Part shown: positions 9,883 to 17,224 of the stretch, one piece after another
Layout: every line of letters begins with the position of its first letter
How positions within the stretch are numbered: position 1 is the first letter of the stretch
Virus record (IMG/VR): IMGVR_UViG_3300021963_000032
Direction: 5' to 3' (one strand)
Source: a virus
Lineage: Duplodnaviria; Heunggongvirae; Uroviricota; Caudoviricetes
DNA: 64,000 nucleotides
Notes under the pieces: model-generated
Told to the model about the DNA's origin: nothing
Seen by the model: the letters and a program-made list of their open reading frames with translations, nothing else
Database searches by the model: none
Program-made: the position numbers and the translations under genes

Positions 9883-10152
9883 ATGAAACAAATAACAACC
9901 GGAATAGCAGTAACCTTGGCATTTATGTTGGGAATGTACATTTTAACAAAAGCTAAACCACGCTATCCAGAAAGTACACTATACCATTGTAGGGTGAATA
10001 AGGTAGTAGAAGAGTTTCCACATGGAGGTATCACACCAGATGTAAGGTATAGGTTAACAACAGATGAGGGCTTTGTAGTATTTTCGTACAACCGAGAATT
10101 TTCAGTAGGGGACTCAATCGAAGTCCGAGTAGTAAGAATAAGTAAACAATAA
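9883..10152 (+). CDS. hypothetical membrane protein
   Basis: N-terminal TM helix. Confidence 0.35.
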   Translation: MKQITTGIAVTLAFMLGMYILTKAKPRYPESTLYHCRVNKVVEEFPHGGITPDVRYRLTTDEGFVVFSYNREFSVGDSIEVRVVRISKQ

Positions 10153-10165
10153 AAACCAAATAAGT

Positions 10166-10393
10166 ATGTATTTTACAGTTTCAGTTAAAGTGTCATTCGA
10201 AGATGACAAAGGAAAAGTTAAGAAATCAGTTGAGCGTTACCTAGTAGACGCAATGTCAGTAACAGAAGCGGAAGCTAGAACAACAGAGTTCATGAAGTCA
10301 GATACACGTGACTCAGAGATCGTAGCTGTTAATCAGTCTCGTATTCTTGAAGTGATTAGTCCAAAGGAAACTCCTGATGTTTATGGAAAGTAA
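10166..10393 (+). CDS. hypothetical protein
   Basis: ORF. Confidence 0.35.
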   Translation: MYFTVSVKVSFEDDKGKVKKSVERYLVDAMSVTEAEARTTEFMKSDTRDSEIVAVNQSRILEVISPKETPDVYGK

Positions 10394-10607
10394 TTTTCAA
10401 CCTGATTCTATCGTACAAGCCGTTATTCAGCGGTTTGTCGATAGAGCCAAGTTTGGTCACGAGAAGTATGGAACTGACTTGGATAGAAAGGATCTAACAA
10501 TGGATGAGTGGATCCAACACGCTCAAGATGAATTGCACGATGGTATTCTATATCTTGAGAAAATAAAGCAAACTCTTAAAGAGTTTAACAAAACAATCAA
10601 TATTTAG
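10377..10607 (+). CDS. hypothetical protein
   Basis: ORF. Confidence 0.35.
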   Translation: MFMESNFQPDSIVQAVIQRFVDRAKFGHEKYGTDLDRKDLTMDEWIQHAQDELHDGILYLEKIKQTLKEFNKTINI

Positions 10608-10634
10608 TAGTAACACTAACCAATAACACACAAG

Positions 10635-10865
10635 ATGATTACATGCAAAGTATGTGGTAATGAGATACCAGAGGGAAGATTAAAAGCAGTACCAGGAACA
10701 AAAACATGCGTACAACATTCAACAGCAACTAAGTTCGCTGCAAATGTAGTAAGCTACGGGAATGCCGAGGCAGGCGACCTTGTCAACGAAATTGAAATCG
10801 TAAGAGATGCAAAAGCAGTTGAGCAATTGAATCACTACTCAAAACAAATTGGTTCATATAAGTAA
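10635..10865 (+). CDS. DksA/TraR-family C4 zinc-finger protein
   Basis: CKVCGNEIPEGRLKAVPGTKTCVQHS pattern. Confidence 0.45.
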   Translation: MITCKVCGNEIPEGRLKAVPGTKTCVQHSTATKFAANVVSYGNAEAGDLVNEIEIVRDAKAVEQLNHYSKQIGSYK

Positions 10866-11062
10866 TGGCTGACGATCGTTCTGAGATATTTAGAGCTATG
10901 AGTAATAGGTATAGATTAAAGGTTATACTAGCTGAGCTAGGTACCGAACCGAACCTAACTCAAATATCATTTATCCAGGATTGCATCGAGATAGCTAAGC
11001 TTGAACCAGACAGTAGCACTAATAAAATTATACAAGATGCTTTTGAGAGAATTAGAAGATAA
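10865..11062 (+). CDS. hypothetical protein
   Basis: ORF with ATGA overlap. Confidence 0.35.
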   Translation: MADDRSEIFRAMSNRYRLKVILAELGTEPNLTQISFIQDCIEIAKLEPDSSTNKIIQDAFERIRR

Positions 11063-11399
11063 GATAACAAGCATAAGACCAGTATACGATAAGACTGTCT
11101 TAGGAGGGCACTTTGAAGTAACCTTTGGACCAAATGTAGTATTCAATCTATCATTCCCAGCATTCTTGAAAAACAAGTTTGAAGAGGATCAGAAACTGAA
11201 AGACTATGTACGAAATAGAAAAGATGATGCAGAGATAAGTGCATCGGGAATTGTCAACAACTTATACTACATTGGATGTCCAGTGGATGAGTGGGTTGAA
11301 GACTACTTTGTAAACGTACGCAGTAAGGTATCACAGTTTGATGCACTACTTCAGTTATTCAATCACTTAAAGAGTTTCGGAGATGACAATACAAAATAA
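11037..11399 (+). CDS. hypothetical protein
   Basis: ORF. An internal start is chosen to limit overlap. Confidence 0.35.
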   Translation: MLLRELEDKITSIRPVYDKTVLGGHFEVTFGPNVVFNLSFPAFLKNKFEEDQKLKDYVRNRKDDAEISASGIVNNLYYIGCPVDEWVEDYFVNVRSKVSQFDALLQLFNHLKSFGDDNTK

Positions 11400-11793
11400 C
11401 GATCAAGACTTTTCACATATAGATTACACTGAGTGTCCTATTTGTGGTAATGAAGCAATCAGTGAAGTAGTACATGAAACCCACGAAGAGAATATACAAT
11501 GCCACAGCTGCGGTTATGCTAGACGAATGTCGATCATCGATGGCAAGCTAGATATGCAGGAGTATGTCAATCACGGGTGCTATAAGGTACAGATGAAAGG
11601 ATCACCCACATTAGAGTGCGGATCGTTCACAACACCAGAAGCAGAACAAGCGTTTGTAGAATTAATAAATAATTTAGGAGAAAAAGTTGCACATGCGGAA
11701 TATTCTAAGTATATTAACGAAACAATCGAGACCACAGTGGTCGTAGACGGAGAAATACATAAAATACAAATAGATGAGCAAGAACAGCAGTAA
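11383..11793 (+). CDS. hypothetical zinc-ribbon protein
   Basis: CPICGN...CHSCGY. Confidence 0.4.
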   Translation: MTIQNNDQDFSHIDYTECPICGNEAISEVVHETHEENIQCHSCGYARRMSIIDGKLDMQEYVNHGCYKVQMKGSPTLECGSFTTPEAEQAFVELINNLGEKVAHAEYSKYINETIETTVVVDGEIHKIQIDEQEQQ

Positions 11794-12110
11794 GCAGTTA
11801 GTAGAGCAAGTACAGTCATGGGTTAGCTGGATTGCAGCAGTAGGAAGAAGAAATCAAAATAATCCAAAGAAATACGAAAAAAAAGTTGCATACGAGAGTA
11901 AAAAGGAGTATGTTAGTAAAAAGAGTTAATACTTATAAGGGAATGAAAGCATTGAACAACATATTACGCAATACAACGATTAGCATGTCGAGACATGAAT
12001 GGTCAGCGTGTGGAGTGCCGTTTAATGTCCTTGATCCAAAACAGTATCAATCACAATCTCGGGTTTTAGTATGAAGTAACGAATAAAAAAGTTAAATTAT
12101 ATATAAAAGG

Positions 12111-12137
12111 AACCCGAGTCACAAGCTCGGGTTTTTT
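12111..12137 (+). terminator. Rho-independent terminator
   Basis: ACCCGAGtcacaagCTCGGG hairpin followed by TTTTTTT. Confidence 0.6.
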
Positions 12138-12141
12138 TATT

Positions 12142-12215
12142 GCTTTCTTAGCTCAGTTGGTAGAGCGCTTCACTTGTAATGAAGATGTCATCGGTTCGAC
12201 TCCGGTAGAAAGCTC
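12142..12215 (+). tRNA. tRNA-Thr(TGT)
   Basis: Hand-folded cloverleaf. GCTCAGTTGGTAGAGC D-arm, anticodon loop CTTGTAA, GGTTCGACTCC T-arm. Confidence 0.7.
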
Positions 12216-12249
12216 AGAACAAATGTTCTTTGACATATTGGCTTTAAAT

Positions 12250-12321
12250 TTTCCCCTCGTCTAATCGGCAGGACGTCTGGTTTTGGGCCAGAAGATCGAG
12301 GTTCGAACCCTTGGGGGAAAA
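12250..12321 (+). tRNA. tRNA-Gln(TTG)
   Basis: Acceptor TTTCCCC/GGGGAAA, anticodon loop TTTTGGG, T-loop TTCGAAC. Confidence 0.65.
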
Positions 12322-12328
12322 CAATAAT

Positions 12329-12412
12329 GGAAGTTTAATTAAGCTGGCGCTTAACCTAGTCTTGAAAACTAGTGGTACCGAAAGGTATGGGGATCGATAC
12401 CTCAGGCTTCCT
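12329..12412 (+). tRNA. tRNA-Ser(TGA), type II
   Basis: Acceptor GGAAGTT/GGCTTCC, anticodon loop CTTGAAA, long variable arm. Confidence 0.55.
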
Positions 12413-12539
12413 CTAAATCAATACAGAGTTGAATGATACGAGCCTCCAAAGTTCGAAAGGAGTCATGGTTTGATTGAAGCGAGCAACTGTGCGCTATACA
12501 AAAAGTGTTTGCATTCGGCAAATACTACACAGTTGACAA

Positions 12540-12612
12540 CTAGGTGTGGGAAAGTTGGTAATCCGCGTGGTTTGGGACCACGAGACCGCAGGTTCGAGCC
12601 CTGCCACTTAGA
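12540..12612 (+). tRNA. tRNA-Pro(TGG)
   Basis: Anticodon stem CGTGG/CCACG, loop TTTGGGA, T-arm GCAGGTTCGAGCCCTGC. Confidence 0.65.
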
Positions 12613-12681
12613 CTATTTTTTAATCACTAAAACCCCAGAAATTATGGAAAGTGACAAGAGCGACAAGAGTCGCAAACAGCC

Positions 12682-12755
12682 GATCTCGTAGCTCAGTTGG
12701 CTAGAGCACCTCACTTTTAATGAGGGAGTCGTGGGTTCGAGCCCCACCGGGATCA
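12682..12755 (+). tRNA. tRNA-Lys(TTT)
   Basis: Acceptor GATCTCG/CGGGATC, anticodon loop CTTTTAA. Confidence 0.7.
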
Positions 12756-12764
12756 CAAACAAAT

Positions 12765-12837
12765 GCTCCTTTAGCTCAGTTGGTAGAGCGCTGCCCTTAC
12801 ATGGCAGATGTCGCAAGTTCGAGCCTTGCAGGGAGTA
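12765..12837 (+). tRNA. tRNA-Val(TAC)
   Basis: Anticodon stem CTGCC/GGCAG, loop CTTACAT. Confidence 0.65.
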
Positions 12838-12847
12838 CAAATAATAT

Positions 12848-12931
12848 GCCGTAGCGCTGAAGTTGGAGAGTCGGGGCAGACTGTAAATCTGTTGTCGTAA
12901 GGCTGAGTAGGTTCGAATCCTACCTGCGGCA
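12848..12931 (+). tRNA. tRNA-Tyr(GTA), long variable arm
   Basis: Acceptor GCCGTAG/CTGCGGC, anticodon loop CTGTAAA, T-arm GTAGGTTCGAATCCTAC. Confidence 0.65.
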
Positions 12932-12936
12932 CAATT

Positions 12937-13008
12937 GGACAAGTAGCTCAGGGGTAGAGCAAGCGACTGTTAATCGCTGGGTCGGAGGTTCGATCCCTCC
13001 CTTGTCCG
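12937..13008 (+). tRNA. tRNA-Asn(GTT)
   Basis: Acceptor GGACAAG/CTTGTCC, anticodon loop CTGTTAA. Confidence 0.7.
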
Positions 13009-13166
13009 CAATGATATAATGTTGGGTTTCCTGGTAGTAACGGTATTAACCATGGTAAGTAAGCTACAAGATTCTAGTAATAAGCACCAGATGGATTCCG
13101 TGCGACTAAAGTATCAATAGTTTTAAGGGTGGCTCTAGTTCTATAAAAACGTAATTGCCTCCACCA

Positions 13167-13240
13167 GCGCTTATAGCTCAATTGGTTAGAGCACCCGCCT
13201 GATACGCGGAAGGTTATTGGTTCGATTCCAGTTAAGCGCA
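13167..13240 (+). tRNA. tRNA-Ile(GAT)
   Basis: Acceptor GCGCTTA/TAAGCGC, anticodon loop CTGATAC. Confidence 0.7.
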
Positions 13241-13298
13241 CAAAAAGAGGAATAACTAGTGTGGGTGCCTCAACTGCTGCAGCAGTACCACACTCAAT

Positions 13299-13384
13299 GG
13301 AGAGTAAACCTTGATGGCGATAGGGCTTGCCTGCTAAGCAATGTGTACCCGTAAGGGTATTTGGTTCGATTCCAATGCTCTCCG
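13299..13384 (+). tRNA. Probable type II tRNA, tentatively Ser(GCT)
   Basis: Acceptor GGAGAGT/GCTCTCC, T-arm TTGGTTCGATTCCAA, candidate anticodon loop CTGCTAA. The D-arm is atypical. Confidence 0.4.
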
Positions 13385-13389
13385 CAGCA

Positions 13390-13460
13390 TGCCGTAGGTC
13401 CTGGGTGGACGAGGTGGGCTCATATCCTGCTTTGGATTGGTTCGAACCCAATATACGGTA
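13390..13460 (+). tRNA. tRNA-Met/Ile2 family (CAT), copy 1
   Basis: Anticodon loop CTCATAT, T-arm ATTGGTTCGAACCCAAT. The acceptor pairing is slightly irregular. Confidence 0.5.
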
Positions 13461-13470
13461 CAACAAAGGT

Positions 13471-13635
13471 ATGATGAATATGAAAAAAGTAATAACAGGA
13501 AGTTTCGAATCATCGAGAGATGTACTTCGAGGAAAGGCTCCATCGCCCAAAGGACGATTGGACTGGCGTGGTCAGGCCGTACAAGTTTACAACAAGTTCG
13601 CTAAGAAGTTGACTAAACGTAAGTCAGCGTTGTGA
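13471..13635 (+). CDS. Small basic protein (54 aa) embedded in the tRNA array
   Basis: ATG preceded by AAAGG. The product is MMNMKKVITGSFESSRDVLRGKAPSPKGRLDWRGQAVQVYNKFAKKLTKRKSAL. A strong terminator follows immediately. Confidence 0.35.
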   Translation: MMNMKKVITGSFESSRDVLRGKAPSPKGRLDWRGQAVQVYNKFAKKLTKRKSAL

Positions 13636-13640
13636 ATTGA

Positions 13641-13670
13641 CCCTCCCCACTTACGGAGTGGGGTTTTTTT
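13641..13670 (+). terminator. Rho-independent terminator
   Basis: CCCTCCCCACttacgGAGTGGGG followed by TTTTTTT. Confidence 0.65.
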
Positions 13671-13674
13671 AAAT

Positions 13675-13748
13675 GGTGGTTGTAGCTCAATCGGAAGAGC
13701 GCCAGATTGTGATTCTGGAGGTAGTGGGATCGAAACCCACCATTCACC
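13675..13748 (+). tRNA. tRNA-His(GTG) with encoded G-1
   Basis: Anticodon stem CCAGA/TCTGG, loop TTGTGAT. An extra 5' G pairs with the C discriminator. Confidence 0.6.
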
Positions 13749-13754
13749 CAATAT

Positions 13755-13840
13755 GCCTCGGTGGTGAAATTGGTAAACACGCTGGATTTAAGCTCCAGTG
13801 GGCAGTAATGTCCTTGCGGGTTCGAGCCCCGCCTGAGGTA
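13755..13840 (+). tRNA. tRNA-Leu(TAA), type II
   Basis: Anticodon stem CTGGA/TCCAG, loop TTTAAGC, long variable arm, T-arm GCGGGTTCGAGCCCCGC. Confidence 0.65.
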
Positions 13841-13989
13841 CTAAAGATGATACAAAGCGTAGAATGGTAAGCGTGGAGAGACGTGGCGCAAGGGTACACA
13901 CTAAGGATAAGCAATCAGTGCTCAACTCTCTAATGGTGTGTGAAGCCACTGAGGCAAGATTCCTGATAAAGCCATTTATCATCTTTTTT

Positions 13990-14061
13990 GCCCACATAGT
14001 TCAATGGATAGAACGTCCGGCTACGAACCGGGAGATAGGAGTTCGAATCTCTTTGAGGGTA
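13990..14061 (+). tRNA. tRNA-Arg(ACG)
   Basis: D-arm GTTCAATGGATAGAAC, anticodon stem TCCGG/CCGGG, loop CTACGAA. Confidence 0.6.
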
Positions 14062-14066
14062 CAAAT

Positions 14067-14139
14067 GCCCCTATAGTTCAACTGAATAGAACATCCCCCT
14101 TCTAAGGGGAAGATTGGAGTTTGACTCTCTGTGGGGGTA
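14067..14139 (+). tRNA. tRNA-Arg(TCT)
   Basis: Anticodon stem TCCCC/GGGGA, loop CTTCTAA. The T-loop TTTGACT is atypical. Confidence 0.5.
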
Positions 14140-14176
14140 CGATCCGATGTGTGATCCGAGCTAGGTCGGATAATTT

Positions 14177-14249
14177 ACTCCAGTAGCTCAGTTGGTAGAG
14201 CACCGGATTCCAAATCCGGGTGTCGGAGGTTCGAGTCCTTCCTGGTGTG
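14177..14249 (+). tRNA. tRNA-Trp(CCA)
   Basis: Anticodon stem CCGGA/TCCGG, loop TTCCAAA, T-arm GGAGGTTCGAGTCCTTC. Confidence 0.65.
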
Positions 14250-14317
14250 CATAAGACGGGAGGCGAGTGTTGAGGGTACAACCGTTAGGATACCTCAGCC
14301 AAGTCCTCCCCGAAGAA

Positions 14318-14390
14318 GGACAGGTAGCTCAGTCGGTAGAGCACGGCGCTGAAGACGCTGGTGTCGGGGGTTCGAATCCCTCTCTGTCCA
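14318..14390 (+). tRNA. tRNA-Phe(GAA)
   Basis: Acceptor GGACAGG/TCTGTCC, anticodon loop CTGAAGA. Confidence 0.7.
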
Positions 14391-14395
14391 CAAAT

Positions 14396-14465
14396 GCTCA
14401 GGTTGATCTTGGAGGTCGGTAGGTCTGCAAAACTTACAGAGTTGGTTCGATTCCAACCTTGAGCT
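14396..14465 (+). tRNA. tRNA-Cys(GCA), compact 70 nt
   Basis: Acceptor GCTCAGG/CTTGAGC, anticodon stem TAGGT/ACTTA, loop CTGCAAA, short D-arm. Confidence 0.55.
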
Positions 14466-14509
14466 CAAAAATAATTGTTCATAACTTTGTAATTATTTTG
14501 ATATAACTG

Positions 14510-14546
14510 TTGCAAACACCACAACAATGGAGTATCTTTAGGTATA
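14510..14546 (+). promoter_or_regulatory. Conserved phage promoter motif (TTGCA...TATCTTTAGGTATA) driving the tRNA sub-cluster
   Basis: CTGTTGCAAACACC...AGTATCTTTAGGTATAAG, preceded by the GTTCATAACTTT upstream element. Confidence 0.55.
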
Positions 14547-14591
14547 AGAAAGAGCAAAGGAGTTCATTGACGTAGTGGTAAACAAACAAAC

Positions 14592-14679
14592 AGTCAGGTG
14601 ATAGTAATTGGTAACTGCGGTGGTGCGTTAAGAGCGCTTAATATCCATCGGATTACAGGTTCGAGTCCTGTCCTGACTA
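14592..14679 (+). tRNA. Non-canonical tRNA-like element, 88 nt, anticodon unresolved (possibly Leu-like type II)
   Basis: Perfect acceptor AGTCAGG/CCTGACT and canonical T-arm ACAGGTTCGAGTCCTGT. The internal region (GGTGG...21 nt...CCATC) does not fold into a standard anticodon arm. Confidence 0.4.
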
Positions 14680-14699
14680 TAAAAAAGTTAACAAAAGTG

Positions 14700-14730
14700 T
14701 TGACTTATCGAAACAAAAGGAGTATATTTA
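14700..14730 (+). promoter_or_regulatory. Promoter variant (TTGAC...TATATTTA) with duplicated leader GTTCATTGACATAGTGGTAAACAAACAAAC
   Basis: Near-duplicate of the 14510-14591 promoter-leader unit, placed upstream of the second tRNA sub-cluster. Confidence 0.5.
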
Positions 14731-14765
14731 TAAAAGTTCATTGACATAGTGGTAAACAAACAAAC

Positions 14766-14847
14766 GCGCGAGTGGTGGAATTGGTAGACACGCCGGATTT
14801 AGGATCCGGTGCCGAAGGGTTTGAGGGTTCGAGTCCCTCCTTGCGTA
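14766..14847 (+). tRNA. tRNA-Leu(TAG), type II
   Basis: Anticodon stem CCGGA/TCCGG, loop TTTAGGA, long variable arm, T-arm GAGGGTTCGAGTCCCTC. Confidence 0.65.
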
Positions 14848-14943
14848 CAAAAAGATCAACTAGTCACTGTAATCAATCAGTGGGCGTCAGTAAGTATTCT
14901 GAGCGACGTTTAAATCCTGACAGCAATGTTGATTTTTTATTTT

Positions 14944-15017
14944 GCAGGCATAGCTCAATTGGCTAGAGCACTAGCCTTCCAAGCTGGGGGTTGTGGGTTC
15001 GAGTCCCACTGCCTGCT
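14944..15017 (+). tRNA. tRNA-Gly(TCC), with 3' CCA encoded
   Basis: Acceptor GCAGGCA/TGCCTGC, anticodon loop CTTCCAA, T-arm GTGGGTTCGAGTCCCAC followed by TCCA. Confidence 0.7.
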
Positions 15018-15022
15018 CCAAT

Positions 15023-15096
15023 GGGGGATTAGCTCAGCTGGCTAGAGCACTGCACTTGCACTGCAGGGGTCAACGGTTCGAATCCGTTATCCTCCA
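15023..15096 (+). tRNA. tRNA-Ala(TGC)
   Basis: Anticodon stem CTGCA/TGCAG, loop CTTGCAC, T-arm AACGGTTCGAATCCGTT. Confidence 0.7.
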
Positions 15097-15101
15097 CAAT
15101 T

Positions 15102-15173
15102 GGTCCATTGGTGTAGTGGCTAACATACCACCCTGTCACGGTGGTGCCGCGAGTTCGATTCTCGCATGGACCG
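15102..15173 (+). tRNA. tRNA-Asp(GTC)
   Basis: Acceptor GGTCCAT/ATGGACC, anticodon loop CTGTCAC. Confidence 0.7.
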
Positions 15174-15183
15174 CAAACAATAC

Positions 15184-15255
15184 GCTGCCATCGTCTAACG
15201 GTTAGGACCTATGGTTTTCATCCATAAAATCGGAGTTCGATTCTCCGTGGCAGTA
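15184..15255 (+). tRNA. tRNA-Glu(TTC)
   Basis: TCGTCTAACGGTTAGGAC D-arm, anticodon stem TATGG/CCATA, loop TTTTCAT. Confidence 0.7.
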
Positions 15256-15350
15256 CAAAGATCGGAGTAATTAACCGATCCTAACAAGTAAGTATGCATA
15301 TAGCTTAAAGAGATTTGACGTCACTAATTTCTGCATGCTTCTCTTGATTA

Positions 15351-15426
15351 ACTACTTATGGTGTAAATTGGTTTGCACACGGGTCACACGGCCCGAGGGT
15401 TATAGGTTCGAGTCCTATGGGTAGTT
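15351..15426 (+). tRNA. tRNA-like with atypical anticodon loop, identity unresolved
   Basis: Acceptor ACTACTT/GGGTAGT and T-arm ATAGGTTCGAGTCCTAT are canonical. The anticodon stem CGGG/CCCG encloses a 6- or 8-nt loop (T)CACACG(G). Confidence 0.35.
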
Positions 15427-15432
15427 CAACAT

Positions 15433-15505
15433 AGCGGGGTGGAGAAGATGGTATTCTCGGCGGGCTCATAACCCGAGGACGCTGGTTCGAGTCCGGCCCC
15501 CGCTA
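15433..15505 (+). tRNA. tRNA-Met/Ile2 family (CAT), copy 2
   Basis: Acceptor AGCGGGG/CCCCGCT, D-stem GAGA/TCTC, anticodon loop CTCATAA. Confidence 0.6.
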
Positions 15506-15601
15506 CAAATACGTAAACCTAAGTACCCATACCGCTCACGGTGGGCTAAGTAAGATACAATTTCGTACTGCGGGAAGTAGAATGCTTAGGAGCGTGTTTA
15601 C

Positions 15602-15684
15602 GGCTAGGAGTGTAAAAGGCGTCGGTGCTGATTCCATCTGTTGAAGATGGTTGCTCATTGTAGGTTCGAATCCTATCCTAGCTG
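15602..15684 (+). tRNA. Putative type II tRNA-like element, anticodon unresolved
   Basis: Acceptor GGCTAGG/CCTAGCT and T-arm GTAGGTTCGAATCCTAT. The internal hairpin CCATCtgttgaaGATGG could be the anticodon arm (TTG) or the variable arm. Confidence 0.3.
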
Positions 15685-15689
15685 CAGAG

Positions 15690-15763
15690 GGTCCTTTAGC
15701 TCAGTTGGTTAGAGCAGCTCGCTCATAACGAGAAGGTCCCAGGTTCGAATCCTGGATGGACCA
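15690..15763 (+). tRNA. tRNA-Met/Ile2 family (CAT), copy 3
   Basis: GCTCAGTTGGTTAGAGC D-arm, anticodon loop CTCATAA, T-arm CCAGGTTCGAATCCTGG. Confidence 0.6.
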
Positions 15764-15772
15764 CACAAAAAG

Positions 15773-15803
15773 TTGCAAATAAGAAAAGAAAGTTGTATAT
15801 TAA
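15773..15803 (+). promoter_or_regulatory. Promoter motif (TTGCAAAT...TGTATATTAAA)
   Basis: Same TTGCA -33 and TAnnTTTA -7 architecture as the other promoter instances. Confidence 0.45.
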
Positions 15804-15819
15804 AAGAAAAGAAACAGTT

Positions 15820-16740
15820 ATGAAGAATCATTCACTATCACCAAAAGGTTTATCGCTATCTCAAGCGCAATCAGTATCCAATCTTTGTAATCAAAGAGCA
15901 AAGGATATCCAGGCCAATATTTCAGTAATCAACAATGCACAGAAGGTTATTACCATTGACGGTAAAGACTACGTTAAGACTGTAGGTAATGCAATCCCTT
16001 ACGAGATCGTGGATCTTTTGAAAGAGAAAGCACGCTTACATGCTGCCCAAGCTTTCTTGATGGAGAACATCAAAGCTAAAGACGAAGCGCTGAGTGAGAT
16101 CAAGAATAGACGATTCGTTTCTGGTATCGAAGGTCCTGAGAGCCCACGTTATATGGAACCAGAATACATCGATCCAGTTGATGAGCAGTGGGGTTGGGAA
16201 CAGCTATCTACTAAAGAGTACTGTGAGTTCTTAGAAGCTGAAGCATTTGCATCACACGTTGGACAATTCATCCACGGAGGTGGTAAGTTGGATAAACTTC
16301 GTAAGGAGTTACCTACAATGGAATTGTTGGAGTGGGCTGAGATTGAGGATGGCAAGAAGACGCCAGTAGTAGTTAATGCACACCACACGTCAGAGTATTT
16401 AGCTGACTTGCATGAGGATCTTTCTGGACTTCATAGAGATTACGAGCAAAAAGTAAACTACTATAAAGCTAAGGTGAAGAACCTAGTGACTTTGGAGAAT
16501 GCTCGCATTGCTCGAGTTAATGCAGACAACCAGTCAGCAGCTAACGAAATCAACGACAAGTTGATTACAGAGTACAAAACTGCAAGACAAGCTTGGTTAG
16601 CCAAAGTTTCGAAAGCAACAAATGAGTTTGAAGAAGCTCGTCAGAAAGAGACCGCTCGAATCGCAGCTCTACGAATTGAGGTATCACCGATATTCAAAGA
16701 AGTGATTGATGGCTTTCTTTCTAAGTTAGGTAAAGAGTAA
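15820..16740 (+). CDS. hypothetical protein
   Basis: ORF. The start is taken downstream of the promoter motif. The product is a coiled-coil-rich acidic protein. Confidence 0.45.
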   Translation: MKNHSLSPKGLSLSQAQSVSNLCNQRAKDIQANISVINNAQKVITIDGKDYVKTVGNAIPYEIVDLLKEKARLHAAQAFLMENIKAKDEALSEIKNRRFVSGIEGPESPRYMEPEYIDPVDEQWGWEQLSTKEYCEFLEAEAFASHVGQFIHGGGKLDKLRKELPTMELLEWAEIEDGKKTPVVVNAHHTSEYLADLHEDLSGLHRDYEQKVNYYKAKVKNLVTLENARIARVNADNQSAANEINDKLITEYKTARQAWLAKVSKATNEFEEARQKETARIAALRIEVSPIFKEVIDGFLSKLGKE

Positions 16741-17075
16741 GGTGGTAGGGAGCTAGACATGAGTCGATGCTCCCTTACTTTTGTGTTGGGATAGTTAGGT
16801 TTTCTTATACAAGATATGATATATATTCATTATACTAAGAAACGCTGGATGTAGGGCACTGCCCTTATTTAGCCCTGAAACTATCGCTTCCCTGCAAACT
16901 CCAAAAGCTGAGATAGAACTCAACGTTAGACAAGTTACTCCTCTCCGGTCGAGATAATTGGCTAGCAAACCGAGACTTAGTTTTTGATTTTGCCTTTGTA
17001 GCAGGGAAGGTCTTTGATTTGGAATTTAGCATTGGTTTAGTCTATATCCCTAATTATCTCAACAACTTATTTTAT

Positions 17076-17179
17076 AGTCAGGTGGCGGAATGGTAGACGC
17101 TCAGGGTGATAATTAAGTAGTTCGGATTATAAATACAACCTCGATGGACTACATGTAGGTTCGAATCCTGCCCTGACTA
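17076..17179 (+). tRNA. Non-canonical 104-nt tRNA-like element, Leu-like D-arm, possibly intron- or insert-containing
   Basis: The acceptor AGTCAGG/CCTGACT is identical to the element at 14592. D-arm GCGGAATGGTAGACGC, T-arm GTAGGTTCGAATCCTGC, with about 30 extra nt internally. Confidence 0.35.
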
Positions 17180-17224
17180 CAAGCGTAGAAGTTCATTGAC
17201 ATAAAATAATAGGAGAACCACAAT

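Noticed and set aside
12470-15205. ORFs from the six-frame track overlapping the tRNA array (12470-12691, 12613-12942 -, 13074-13550 -, 13327-13470 part, 13673-13870, 13788-13997 -, 13864-14076, 14772-14966, 14993-15205)
   Set aside because: They are read through tRNA genes. Their protein sequences are low-complexity translations of tRNA stems. Only the 3' part 13471-13635, which has its own start and terminator, was kept as a candidate.
16741-17075. 335-bp AT-rich non-coding gap after gene 15820-16740, considered as a possible sRNA, additional tRNA or terminal repeat
   Set aside because: Only a weak hairpin (GGGAGC...GCTCCC at 16750-16785) is present. There is no promoter-family motif, no tRNA fold, and no repeat elsewhere in the window. 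Evidence is insufficient.
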